A stretch of DNA of 64,000 bases from Amoebophrya sp. A120 (Eukaryota; Protista; Dinoflagellata): positions 9,386,715-9,450,714 of the forward strand of contig CAJINV010000004.1 of the NCBI GenBank assembly GCA_905178155.1. The letters run 5' to 3'. The notes beneath the pieces were generated by a model. The model was given only the letters and a program-made list of their open reading frames with translations. It was not told the DNA's origin and ran no database searches. Below, piece by piece: positions 24,524 through 36,910 of the stretch (position 1 is its first letter; each line of letters opens with the position of its first letter). The translations under genes and the position numbers were made by a program.

Positions 24524-26071
24524 ATGTTGCGCATCACAGGGCTCGCCGCGCTTCATTTTTTCAACGGCCTCTCAACAACATTTGGGGTCGGGATGAAGTT
24601 GTACGGCCAAGGCATTAGCACCTTCAAGGAGCCTACTTTCCTGCAGCAGGAAGAACAAGAAGCACAAGGTCAGCTACACATGCACCAGCGTCATGAGTTA
24701 TTTCTTGCTGATCCTTCTACTCCTTCTTGCCCAGACCAAGCACCGAGAGTGTTCGTGTATGGCTTTCCGGATAAGGAGTTACTAAGTCACGGGACACGTG
24801 ACATCGTTTGGCGGGAGGATGCGTACTGCGAAAGAGAATTCCCGTCTGGCTCGGCCGAGGAGCGCGATTGCGTCTTCGGTCCGGAGTTCTCCGTTAGGAT
24901 CGACTCGCCGCCAGCCAACGTGACGCTCCGTGCCACTGACCAGTTTCGAAATGGCCGCATCTTCCAATCCCGCCTGGTGCGCTCGGCTTGCAAAGTCACA
25001 GATCCCATACGCGCCGATGTGTTTTTCGTGCCCATTTGGCGCGAGAATTACAAACCGAACCGCATCGAGTGCCCGACGGCAGACGAAGTTTTGGCTGCTC
25101 TTCCCTACTTGTCCGACGAAACGGCGAGCAAGCACTTTCTGATGTCTCCGCGTGTCGGGGGATTGTGGGACGACGTGTGCCCTTTTTGGAATAGCGAGAA
25201 CCCGCTGCTCCAGAAAATCCGAAAGATGGCCCTGGAAGACACAGCCTGCGGCAAGTACGGAGGCCCTGGAAGAAACCGCCCGGAGCGTTCTATTCCGTAT
25301 CCGACCCTTGGTGGCGGTTTGAGCAGTACGCAACTCGCCCACCTGTTTGCCGTCGCCGATAAAGCGCAGGAAACCGGCCGCGAGTTCCTGGTCATGGCCG
25401 CTCTGGGGAAACGCATTGGCATTGCCTCTGCGCGCGTGCGCGACGTTTGGAATCAACACTGCCACGACAGCGACCATTGTATTGCGGTGGACCCCACGGT
25501 GGAGGGCATGCTCCCTGGGTTGGTCCAAGCCATGATGAAGTCCACCTTTTGCTTGCAGCCGGAAGGAGACACTCCGTCTCGCAAGGGGATGCTGGACAGC
25601 TTGGCGCTGGGATGCATACCGGTGCTTTCGCACCGGAAACAGCACACGCTGTGGCGGTGGCATCTGGGAGACCACGACTGGGAAGATTTCTCTGTGCTGG
25701 CGCCAGATTCCACGCAGGCGGCACACGCAACCACTAGGGGCCATACATCCCCGGGGGAAAACCACCCAGCCGGCGAGGACGGGGGGCAAGAGCAAGACCA
25801 AGCAACTGTCGGCGAGGCAACATCCCAACGTTCGTGGTGCTGTGGCGATGGCGAGAAGAAATCCCCTCCAGCAGTGGCGCAGACGCTGATGGAAACTGGA
25901 TCCGGCGTTAACAATATCGTAGAGTTCCTGAAGACCATCAACGCGACCACGATCGCCAAACTGCAGGCCGGCGTGCGGAGTGCGCGGACGAAAATCATCA
26001 CGCACTGGACCGACACCGACTTGAACGACGCAATTACGGTCACGCTGAAAGCCATACAGGATGGCAAATGA
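24524..26071 (+). CDS. Exostosin-family (GT47) glycosyltransferase
   Basis: RVFVY, DPIRADVFFVP, MMKSTFCLQPEGDTPSRKGMLDSLALGCIPV; N-terminal hydrophobic segment; intronless. Confidence 0.88.
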   Translation: MLRITGLAALHFFNGLSTTFGVGMKLYGQGISTFKEPTFLQQEEQEAQGQLHMHQRHELFLADPSTPSCPDQAPRVFVYGFPDKELLSHGTRDIVWREDAYCEREFPSGSAEERDCVFGPEFSVRIDSPPANVTLRATDQFRNGRIFQSRLVRSACKVTDPIRADVFFVPIWRENYKPNRIECPTADEVLAALPYLSDETASKHFLMSPRVGGLWDDVCPFWNSENPLLQKIRKMALEDTACGKYGGPGRNRPERSIPYPTLGGGLSSTQLAHLFAVADKAQETGREFLVMAALGKRIGIASARVRDVWNQHCHDSDHCIAVDPTVEGMLPGLVQAMMKSTFCLQPEGDTPSRKGMLDSLALGCIPVLSHRKQHTLWRWHLGDHDWEDFSVLAPDSTQAAHATTRGHTSPGENHPAGEDGGQEQDQATVGEATSQRSWCCGDGEKKSPPAVAQTLMETGSGVNNIVEFLKTINATTIAKLQAGVRSARTKIITHWTDTDLNDAITVTLKAIQDGK

Positions 26072-26365
26072 AGAGCAGAAAATGTTTTAAATGGCAAATA
26101 CGGCTCATCAACATCATGATTGCGTTGCTGAGGATCTTAAGGCGTTGGATATCTATCACTGTCATCTGTTGGTTTTATTATTATTGACGCATTTTAATTT
26201 TTTTTTTCTCTTCTGTTGAGCACTTGCGCCTTCGATCCGAATTTTTTGCACACCATCTTCGGAGCAACTCCCGCCGCATCTAGATAGGCGCTAGCGCGCG
26301 AAGTTTTGCAAAAAGTGGGTCGCGCTGTCTCCGGGGGGCGTGCCCTGGTCTCACTATAATAAACT

Positions 26366-26830
26366 TAGCAGGGAAAGGATCCAATGCGCCGCATTCAAAA
26401 GGTTGGGACGAGCTTTGCCTTGCTTAGCTCGCCAAGGCGTAACGCTTGACCTGTGGAACTTCATTCAACGAGCGGAGTGGTTCGAGCCCACTCAAGCGTG
26501 ATTACTGCGCAATCAGTATGGGTCGGAGGTCAGAGCGTTAGTATTGCGAGCCTTAAGCGTGATCGCGTGGCCGATCCTTGACCTCCAGGCCAAAGAATAG
26601 GACAAACAAGTCCCGGCTCCTGTGTGCGTGCTGGTAGTTCCGCCCTGTTCCTCGGAATGTGCGAAACATGCCAGCCCCCGAATGAAGCAAGGCCCAATGA
26701 TCCCGAGCGAGGGCTTTCCACACTTGAATGACGAAAAAACCTGGCCTCAGTCAACGACGTTACCACTAGGGTATCAGGGCAGGCTATTCCTGCCGCGCGT
26801 TGGAGGAGGGAGCTGTCCCGAGCCCCGCTC
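26366..26830 (+). ncRNA. Candidate structured non-coding RNA (identity unresolved)
   Basis: Several long complementary pairs in an intergenic region: gccttgctt/aagcaaggc, ggaggtca/tgacctcc, acgcttg/caagcgt, gagtgg-ttcgagc-ccactc; TATA-like sequence at about 26355. Confidence 0.3.
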
Positions 26831-27190
26831 GAACTAATGCTAATCATCATTGTTCTTTTGTTCGGTGATTTTTCATCTTCTGGAAAACCAACAAAGCGAT
26901 TGAGATTCGATGACGACGAGAGCAGGCTTGATGTAGAGTGTGGTCTTGTGAATGTTGTTGCACGTGAACCTTCGGAGAACTTGGATTTTTGGTTTTCGTC
27001 GTGGTCCTTGTCGTGCAGAGATAGCAGAGCTGCATCCTTGTACTAGTTGAAGTTGTCACGGTTTGATTCACTCACGACTGAGAGAAGCCAGCACTCAAGT
27101 AGTGTCGATGCTCCTCTGCTAGGACCAGGACGGCGAGAAGTGATGTCTGAGTAAGATATTAATCAGACGAATCATCGCCCTTTCTTCAAG

Positions 27191-30100
27191 ATGCCACCAC
27201 TCAGCTGCTGCCACGACCGAGGGCCGGACTTATCCGAGACCACCTTCAGGAGCACAGCTCCGTGTAATTCGTCATCTTCGCCCAGCTCTACTAGTTCGTC
27301 GAGCAGTGCGAAAGCAAGATATCGACATGGAGAAATGAGGTTTCGAGCAAGAAGAACCCCCGCCGTTTTAGGTGCAGCAGCCTGTTGGACAACCGCACTC
27401 CTTCCCAACATCCAGGAAATCTTGTTTCAGGCAAATTTGAATTTCCACCAAAATCTTGTCGCCGCAAAGCAGCACAGGAGCACAAGGAAGAGCAGCGAGC
27501 ACCACCAACAGGGACGAGAAAAGCAAGAGTCTCTCCTCGATGCTGCGTTAAGCTCCGTGAAGAAGAGCGCAGAAGACCTTCTCCACTGGCGCGGCGAGGG
27601 ACAAAACTTTCGAGTACACAAAAAAATGATCGTCAAAGTGAAGAAGCTATCCTGTGCAAAAGTATCGTACTCGTAGTAATTGCAATCATGCATGACAAAT
27701 TGCCCATCTTAGGCAAATCAGCATTACAAATTGCACTTTTCTCTTTGAAAAAATTTGTAATGCAATCTATACTAGTACGATACTTTTGTAATGCATAGAA
27801 GCGGAAGAGGAGCAAAAAACGGAGTGGTGCAAGAACCGCCGCGGCTGGTCGAAAATCATCATCCTCTTCCACCTCTGCCGGCAGAGTCTACTCGTCCACC
27901 TCGAGTAGTAGTAGAAGTGGCCGATTGCAAGATGGGCATCGTCAAGATGAACGCCAGCAGCTTCGAAAGATGAACAAGAAACAGAGAAGGAAAGCCGCGA
28001 AAGGAGCTGCTGCAGCAGCAGCAGCAACAGCTGCTGCACAGATGAGAGGTCTTCAGAAGAAGACCTTGAGAAGCGAAAAACTACTAGTACGCGAAGACGA
28101 GAAAGATGGTAGTGGGAGTGAAGAGGAGATTCCGGATGAAGAAGTAGACAAAATGATGAACGAGAATAGCGAAACATTGCATCCGGACGAGCCCGTGGGG
28201 CTGGACGCCACGACAAGCACAACGAGCACTTCCACGACAAGCACAAGCACGACTTCTACTACGACGACGAAAGCCGGAACGTCTACAGGAAGTTTTTCTG
28301 GCGCGTCAATCCGGATGCCGGGCCCTGCCCCTGCGCCAGCTCCGACCTCCTCGTCTTTGGTGCAGCACGATTGGGACGATGGGGACAACTCGACCGAAGC
28401 ACCGCAAAGGACCACTGCAGGAGCAGTACAAATACAAGACGCGGATGACACAAACTCGACAACGATGTCGCCCCCAAAGGATGCTGCTGGACAACATCAA
28501 GGAAGCTCCTCGTCAGCCTACCTCACAACCGCACAAAATAACGTCTTCCACAACCTGACCAACCGGAGCAGCGAGCAGATTGGCGAGTCCATCAGCACAA
28601 CATCAAGTTCTACTACTTCCACAACCGCTGCGACAACGACGACATTAGCTGGCGGCGATTTTTACACGCCTGAGGCGATGGTGCTGGCAAGGAATAATAA
28701 GGCGGGTGACGATGAAGACGATGAAATAAATCGGACACAATCCTACCTGCAGAAGCAAGACGTGGTGATTCGCCGGAGGATTCCGGTGAGTCAATACGGG
28801 CAGAACAACCTCCAAGGGGCTCCTGTGGCGGGTGGACAGCAAGTGCTGCAAGCAGGTGCAGGGCCAAGCTATCCGCAGCCGGCGCTAGTAGTGCAAGGAG
28901 GTAATGGCTACGCTGCGCAGCCACCGCCGGCGCTATACGAAGATCCGCAGTTTCTCGCAACGGCCTCAGACGGGCAGCAGTTGGTGCAGTCGAACCTCCT
29001 CCAGGGAACAGTGAATGGCATGGTCAAAAATGATGTTGTCCCGCAGCAAAATAATCAAGTCCCGCAAGAACAGCAGCAGCTACAATCCCGTCAGCGTGTT
29101 TTCGCCACGGTGAGTACTACCGGAACGCCAAATGGACCGCAGATTCAAGTCCCGCAAATGTACAACAACCCAACGACAACTAAGCAGTTTGCAATCAACC
29201 AAGACGGATTGGAAGATGAGGAACAGCTTGACGACTGGCCAGCAACTACGAACAGCTACGAAGAGGATGGGGAGTACGAGGACAGCTACGATAGCGGGGA
29301 GGACGATTACGATTCCGGTGAAGACGCAGCTTATCTAGAAGAGCAAGGCGATGACAGCGACGAAGACGATAGCACGAATAGTACCACGACGGGGTTTGTC
29401 GACACGAACACGTTTCGGGAAGAATGTACTTGTGTTTTTCTCGACTTTTTTCGGAAGTGAAAAATGGCCATGGCGATTAAGAAGTTGTACGGAACTTCCG
29501 GTATCGCTTTTCGAAGCGGCCTCACCGAGATGAGAAATAAAAAATCGTGCATGATGCGCATGCCATATTACCCATTCTTGATTTGGAATCACAACATACA
29601 ACAGGTGATGCCGCGACACTGGTGGCCGCCTGGAAAGCTTGTGGGATCAAGGACAGTTCGCTGAAAGATTACAAAGCGGGCGAAAACACCAGCGATTTGG
29701 TGTGGGAAGTGAAACAAAGTACTGCTACTGTGTTGAAAAAGTCTGCTCAGATGATTTGCGATTCTGCCAAACCATTTTGACGTGCTCGGAGTCCATTGTG
29801 ATGCCAAGCACACTTTCCTTCTGCAGCCCTAATATTTCTGAATCCAAAAGAAAAAACACATTCTTATCAAATACAGCCCACCTCTGCAACACCATCTGCA
29901 TGTTGGCCTCCGAGATCTGCGCAGACCTCACCGGCCTAGCCGTATCAAATGTAAAAATGTCTGGGTCTGGAAGAATGCAACTTGTGATGCTCATGCTGCA
30001 TTTGGATGTCTAAAACTAAAAAATTTGTGTTGCATGAGCAGCAAAAGGAATCTAATTTCTGCTACGCGGAGAGGGCATTTGTCATGCAGAATAGGCATCA

Positions 30101-30638
30101 AGAACCCCTCAAAAAACCTGTGATGCTAGGTCATGCATCACAGAGACCACGGCTCATGCAAATCGTGCATCACAAGTCTCAGAACCTTCCAGACCCAGAC
30201 ATTTTTACACTTGAGAAGCCGCCCGGCGGTACGACGAAGTTACCTGCTCGCGTTACTGGAACCGGGTGTCGGAGGAATCCATAGTGGTCACGGAAACCAA
30301 CGACTATCGAATAAAAGAGTGTTAACTTTAACGGTTTTCACAGATGGCAGTCATGCATTACAAATTTTGCCTTCCGTGCATGGTACGCAATACAAATTTG
30401 CGCGCCTCTTCAGATGCATCCCTGCATCACAAATTCCGTTAACGTTAGCACTTTTTCTTGTGATAGCGACGCGTCGTCCAAAGCCATGTTCTTCGGGTGG
30501 AGACTGCAGCTGCTGTTCACCTTTGTGTTCCTGCTGTTTTCGGTCAGCGGCTTCGGGGATCATGATCATGGAGGGTTCCTCGGTACTACAGCAGCCTCGT
30601 CGGTCGGAAGGAGCAGGCAAGTGCAGGGGGTGTGGTGA
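27191..30638 (+). CDS. Unknown Thr/Gln/acidic-rich protein with Cys-rich and hydrophobic C-terminus (surface-like)
   Basis: Exons approx 27191-27647, 27803-29425, 29605-29718, 29877-29942, 30222-30304, 30471-30638; three TIR introns plus two inferred GT-AG introns (29426-29604, 29719-29876). Confidence 0.65.
27648..27797. mobile_element. Introner-like element, family B
   Basis: tatcctgtgcaaaagtatcgtactcgta / tactagtacgatacttttgtaatgcata; TSD GAAGC. Confidence 0.92.
29943..30216. mobile_element. Introner-like element, family A
   Basis: Family A TIRs (right end mutated to ttgaga); TSD AGCCG. Confidence 0.9.
30305..30465. mobile_element. Introner-like element, family E
   Basis: tatcgaataaaagagtgttaac / gttagcactttttcttgtgata; TSD ACGAC/GCGAC. 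Confidence 0.85.
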
Positions 30639-31484
30639 TCAACATGGTGACAACTGTCATCGAAGAGCTCGAAGATCATCGAACATTTACAGGCGAGCCG
30701 CGAACAAATTCTAAAGTGAAAGATTGTTTTGTTATGACGATTTGTTGAACTAGTACCCAGTAAAGGCTTTTCTTGCTGCTTGAGCTTTCAACTCTTGTAC
30801 GATTACACCAGATTTTAATGAATTTCAATTTTCCGAGAAACCAATACTAACCGATAATTTAACAAACTAGTCACAGAAGCAACAAATGCACCAAGAAATG
30901 TAGAATTTCGATTCATCGGAATCAAAGAACGGGTCCGCGGTCCTGCTCCTGCGGGCTCGACACTAGAAATGAACTTGTATCAACGCGTTAAGTCGAGAAA
31001 CAAATGAAAAAAGATCCAGGTTTATAATTTGCGACGAGCTTGTTCTGCCAACACGTCGGAGATGAAGTGGCAATACGCTTCGAGCGCCGTCACAGCGATT
31101 GGTGTCTACTCCGCTTGTTCACAAGAAAGAATGACAGACTGCCTAGAACATCAGAGGCCGTATGCGTGAGCGCGGAGCCGGACTACAACGCATATTCGGA
31201 GCAGCAATGAGGGAGAGTCCCGTCTGCTTGTGAAAAAAAAGAGCATCGTTTTTTGGACGAGCGGAAGCTGCTTGGGAACGTCGCTTTTTCGCAAAAATGT
31301 GCAAAAACCATTTTCTTTATTGAATGAGTGCGCATTTTCGTCCACGGACGTTGAGCAAGCCTTTATCATTATCTTGACGGCCAAACCTTCAGCGTAGGTG
31401 CTGTTGACCCTATGATGATGATCATGCACGCGATATTATAACATCAGTGCCCAACGCGAGCGCCAGGCAGGGGGAATTCTTGAA

Positions 31485-34166
31485 ATGACGACGAGTTGTG
31501 TAGCCAAATCGGCGCGAGGTGTCTTGCTGCTCTTCCTCACCTCATTTGCTCTAATACCGGGCGGTGTAGTTTACGGGATAGAGAGCAGCCGCAGCGCAGG
31601 AGATCTTCCAGCAAGTTCAGGTGGAACAACTACCATTTACAACATTCCTCCACCAGAGCTCGATGTTGGCGGTCACGTCAGATTCACTGCGGACGAAATC
31701 GAGGGGGAGCTTCCCGCAATACCAAGCTTTCTCATCACAAAAGCAGGAGAAAAAGCAAGCAGAAGCACCAAAGAAGAAGTTGGCATCCGTGGTGACGGGC
31801 GACTGTTGCGCGCGGAAAGCAAGACGTCTAGGACCACATCTTTTTCACAAGTGCAACGGGAAGGCGGCCAGACGGTGCTCCTTCAGGAAAACAACCAAAA
31901 CGAAAACAAGAACCCTCCAATAGCAATAGCAAACGCAAAGGGCACGTCCGAAAAGAAACTCTTCGAAGAAACGAACGCAGCCGCATCGAAACAGGCACGG
32001 CACGACTTCTCTCGTCGGCCCGCCGCGGGTCACTCTTCATCCCCAAACCAACATGGCATAACAGCTCAAAATGAAACTGAGGCATCGCTCGTTGTCGCCA
32101 GCAGGACGAGTAGTAGAAAAACTAAACAATCACACAGAAGTAGTATAACAAGGAACAGCATCGACCCCGAAAACCCGAAAAACCCGACCTGGTGGCAGTG
32201 GCAGCTCGTTTGGGTCGAAACCCTCGGCGGGCACAACAGCGAGGACAAGTGCCGACTCCAAGTCCCATTAGCACAGGATCAAACCAACCAGTGGTACACG
32301 GATTTCAAGACCGCAGAGCAACACTGCAGCTCCAGTCTCCTCTGCACCTACGTCCACGACCACGATGGGAATGCATTGCACGCTGCCCGCCTGGACCTCG
32401 ACGCGGACCCGGTGAAGTTCCAGACGACGCCAGCAAACGACCACTATCGCATCTGCGACATGTCCGTGATGTCGACACAGTACGAACACGCGTGGAGCCC
32501 GAGCCACAATCAGCCGGCCGCCAGTGTGGAAAACACGCTGTCGAATCAGGGGCAGGGAAACGCGAACAACTACGATCTCGCTCTGAAGAAAACCAATGTG
32601 CAGCTCCCCTTTGACCAGTTTTTCCCGATCATGCACGAAGAAAAGTGGAAGTTCGCGCCGGTGTGGGTCGCGTTGTTACCCGATGAGGAGTACCGGAAAC
32701 TGCCGCTCAACTGTCACATCGACAACAAGGGGGGAACGTCCCACACGATTGAGATATCCACAGTAAATTTCCCGTACACGTACAAATTCGGTCTCTGCAT
32801 GACAAAACTTGGCTTCCTCGATCCTAGTTTAGCATGACAAGTTTTACGCTCCTAATTGGCGAAATTTGTGATGCACCTTGTACATGTACGGGAAATTTGT
32901 ATTGCATATGAGACGGAAAACGCGTACTGGTTCGCGCCGGAAGACGCCATGAAGGAGTGCCTCGTCACGGCGGAATGCCTATCAATTGCAAAGATGTCTG
33001 GGTCTGGGAGATTGCGACATTTGCCATGCTAGTCTGGTATGACTCTGAAATCTGTATTGCGCGGCCGCGAGGAGCTCCTCTTGCCTGTCATGCAAAGACG
33101 CAGGTTGGTTCTCATGCGGAGTACGCAACTCAGAACCACGGAAAAACTTATCATGCGGGGCAGCGCAATACAGAGCGCTCACTCTTCCCTTCCTTGCATC
33201 ACAAGTTTCCAGACCCCGAGGACATGTTTGCGATGCATAATGCCTGTACGTGTACGACCACGGGTGCCAGTCGCGCATGTTTGACGCGTACGACGGGGAA
33301 ATCTCCGAGTCCGGGTATCACAAGAAAAAGTGTTAACGTTAACGGTTTCTTTTCACAGATTAGGATTACAGCCAGGCATTACAAATATAGCCCAATATGC
33401 ATGCTCTGTATGACAAATTGAAACTCTGGCACGTTTTGTGATGCAATGTTGCATCACAAATTTGAATTTTGTTAACGTTAACACTTTTTCCTGTGATACC
33501 GGGGGCCTGAAAAAGATGCTCATCGTCCAGGAGCCCGCGCACGAAAACGCGTGGCGGATTTGCGGGGACGAAGAATTGGAAGAAATGATGTCAAACAGCA
33601 AAGCGAGCGGGTGTGCGTGGAAAAAGACCTCGTTCAAAAAGATAGAACAGGTCGAAGAACAAGCGGCTGCGCGAAAAACTACCGGGGGGAAGAACACGGA
33701 GGACAACACCGGGACCTTTATGGTCGTGAACATGGTGTTTCTGGTTGTCGTGCTAATCGGGGTTTTGGGGGCGGTGTACTTCATGATGGAAGGGAACAAG
33801 AAACCCGACGACAGCGAGGAGGAAGGCGACGGGGAAGAGGAGGACGAAGAAGATCCGCTGCGCGCAAGCCCCGCCGCGTTCAATTTGGCGGGCGGGGGGA
33901 AATCTATCCTGCCGGGCGCGGGTACGAAATCTTCGTACGGAGCTGGGACAACGATGAACAGGTCTTCTGCGTACGGCGCCACGAGGACGGCGGGCGCCAC
34001 GAGGACGGCGGGCGCGACGAGGACGGCGGGGGCGACGACTACCGCAGGAAACAAGAGCTCGTATGCGGGAAAGTCGACGGTCGGCAACGCTACTAGTGCG
34101 TTTAAGAGTAGCGCCGGAGCTTCTGGTGTGCAGAATGCGTCAATGTTTAAGAGTAGCGGTTTTTAG
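31485..34166 (+). CDS. Type I membrane protein with signal peptide and duplicated Cys-containing module
   Basis: Exons 31485-32754, 32914-32979, 33245-33315, 33504-34166; signal-like N-terminus; TM FMVVNMVFLVVVLIGVLGAVYFM. Confidence 0.75.
32755..32908. mobile_element. Introner-like element
   Basis: tatccacagtaaatttcccgtacacgtacaa / ttgtacatgtacgggaaatttgtattgcata; TSD TGAGA. Confidence 0.9.
32980..33239. mobile_element. Introner-like element, family A
   Basis: Family A TIRs; TSD ATGCC. Confidence 0.9.
33316..33498. mobile_element. Introner-like element, family E
   Basis: tatcacaagaaaaagtgttaacgttaac / gttaacgttaacactttttcctgtgata; TSD CCGGG. Confidence 0.92.
33975..34046 (+). repeat. Coding 18-bp tandem repeat (GATRTA x3 plus a variant)
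   Basis: ggcgccacgaggacggcg repeated. Confidence 0.85.
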
Positions 34167-36910
34167 GTACTGAGAAAGAAAGTTTTGATGTACGATCAGT
34201 GAAGATGTTGAACGCCACACCTGTAGCACACGAACAAACCGTTTCCGTTTCAGAACAGAGGCTAGAACTCCAGAACTGGATCATGATCATGTAGTATAGC
34301 CAGATCGCCAAGAATACCTATGCCAATATTTTCGTATTCGTGTGAACGCGATGTAATATTGCCTGCTAGGAAGGCCAGTGTTCCAGCGTGCAAGAAGCGT
34401 GTCGCCGTTTCCCGTTCCCGTGGCGGGTGTTGCGTCTGTCGGGCGACATCCGTGCTTTTTACTCCGCGTCAGCAAGGATATCTGTGCTCTTTCCTCACCA
34501 GCGCGGACCTGTGTGGTTTTTTGCAGTTTAGAAAACCCAGGGGAATTTTTGAAAAAGCTGGCAGCTTCGGAGCGAATCCGGTGCCGCGGAACGTGCCGGC
34601 CTGTGGATGACATAATAACTGAGGGAAAGCGCCGACGTCGTCTACAAATGGGGCGAGATATATGCGGACACCGGCCCGATGCTAGAGACGGAGCGCGCTG
34701 GGGGGGTTGCCGTGCTCCTGGGCCCCGGCATGGTCATCGTAAAGCGAACGGGCCCGGGTTCTTTCCAGTCTGGCAAGCCAGGCGGCCGCGCCTGGCTGGC
34801 TACGTTGGAAATCTTCGGAAATACCAAATCGAAGAAACCCCCGGTAGGCCGCAGATCAATCAGGCGGCCGCGCCCGCGCGCCCGCTTTCGGGGAGTTCCG
34901 ACGGCCTGCGGCAAGATGGGGCGGCGCTTCGTCGAAACAGTCCGCGGCGGCCCGTTCTGTGGGCCGCGGCCTTGCCCTGTTGCCTGGTGGTTCAGCGTTG
35001 CCGACGGCGGGTGGCGGCCAGGCCGAGGGCGCCAGCCCGCCCTGGCGGGGCGGGGCGCGGCGAAAATAAGAAAAGAGGAGGAGTGTGCTCGCGCGGCGCC
35101 CTGTGCGTTCCATGGGGCCGCTTCGCGGCTTGGGGAGGATGGGTTGCGTTGTGTCGGTGGGGTGTTTCGTTGGCGAAAACAGAGCCCAGCAAGGAGCTTG
35201 AAGATGCGGGAGCATTGGCACGGGTTTCAGCCACCGGGCTGCTTACCCACCCTGCTGGTGCGCAGATGGCGGACCCGTTTCAGGGCATTCGTTCAAGCAG
35301 TGCCAGAAGGAGCGCGGCCGCCGAGCCAGGCGCCACAACGGCGGCAGCTTCCACAAACTCTGGCTCTCGCATTGCAATGGACAAGGATACGACGCCCGCA
35401 ACAGGCAGGGGAGGGCTGGGCTTGCGCGACAGCCACTGCGCGAGCTTTGAAGTGTGGCGGAGGGCGCCGCTGGTGAAACTCTACAAGCTGCATACCCCGA
35501 GGACAGGAAGCCCCTCCCTGCTACTGATGTTGGGGATTTCCCCGGGCCTTCTTCTCGGGATTGGGGCAACCCTCGGGATTTGCGCTGAGTTCCCTCATTG
35601 AGGCGCCGGTCGCGCGGTTTGTGTGTTGAGTTGCTGCCCGCCGTCGGGGGGCCTCCCTGCCCGCCCTGGTTGGGGGCGGGCCGCCGATATGGCCGGGCGC
35701 GTGGCCCCGGGCGCGCGGCCCATTCCGGCGCGCCCGCGCGGCCTGGGGCCCCCCGTGTTCCTTTCCTGGCTAAGTGTGGGCCGCCCCCTCCGGGCGGCGG
35801 GCCTGCCCGCTCGTTTCCAGCGTATGGCGCTTGCGCCGCGCGTAGTCGCCGGGCAGGCCGACGCGCTTTGGCAGAATGCAGCAGCGCCACGGGCCGTGGC
35901 GGAGCGGATTCCGGTTCCCCGCCCGTCGTCCACTCCTTGGGGGTGGCGCTGGTTTGGTCACGTCAGCGAGCGCTCGCCCCTCTGGTGTCAGCCGCTAGAC
36001 ATAGACTCGGGCGAGCCTGCCTGTGGAGAATGCGCTTACCTACCGCTTCCGTGTGACCACGTGGAGTGCGGGTCTTCTTGTAGTGTAAGCGCGTGCGTAC
36101 GTTGTAGAGCCCGTTGCCCCGCCAGGTGGAGATGATAATGCCGAGCATGTTGTGTGTGTTCATTTAGAAAACCGCGCCACGCACGGGCATGGGCCGGCCG
36201 CCGTTTGAGCCGGAGATGGATAGATCAAGTGTAGAGCGAGCAACGTCGTAATCGTGAGCATCTGTCTGCAACAAAGCTGCGCAGCATTTTCGGTTATCTT
36301 TGCATGCTGTCGGTCACCTCTGCAGGGCAACTCTTGCTGGTCGGTCGTCTCGTTCCTTTCGAACCCTTTTATGAGTTCATCAATAAAGAAAAAGGTGTAA
36401 TCTTCGTACAAGCACCAATGGTTCTCGTGCATGACCTTGCCGTAATTACTTTTCTCCATCGGTCTTGTAGTCACAAGGCGACATTTTGTCGGTGTAATGA
36501 TTTTTCACCGTGCAGCAACCCAGGACGTGGATTCTGGCAATTTCGTTTCGCTCGAGTATTCACTCCTCTTCGGTATGTCGTGATGAAAATGAGTATGATA
36601 TTCTTCCGTGTAGATATCCTCTAATTATCCAGGAAGCAGAACATGCTCTGTCATATGATGCCCATTTCGATACCCCACATCAAGCGTCCCAAGTAACTAC
36701 ATTATTTCACCCATGACATTTCTTCTTGCCGTTGTCTTTAGTTGACTGACAAGTTACATGGCCCATTTTTGACCATGTCACAGGTTGCCTCGTCATGTGA
36801 CATGCGGTAGAAGTTTTCCCAATTCAGGGCAACTAGGTCTCCGCATCATTTTTGCAGCACATCTCATGATAATTAGAACGAATTAAGGAGCTGAACACTT
36901 ACTTTTAGCT

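Noticed and set aside
36222-36234. AGATCAAGTGTAG, identical to part of U2 snRNA
   Set aside because: The flanks do not match U2 stem I or stem IIa, and the branch-pairing GTAGTA is broken. Probably chance.
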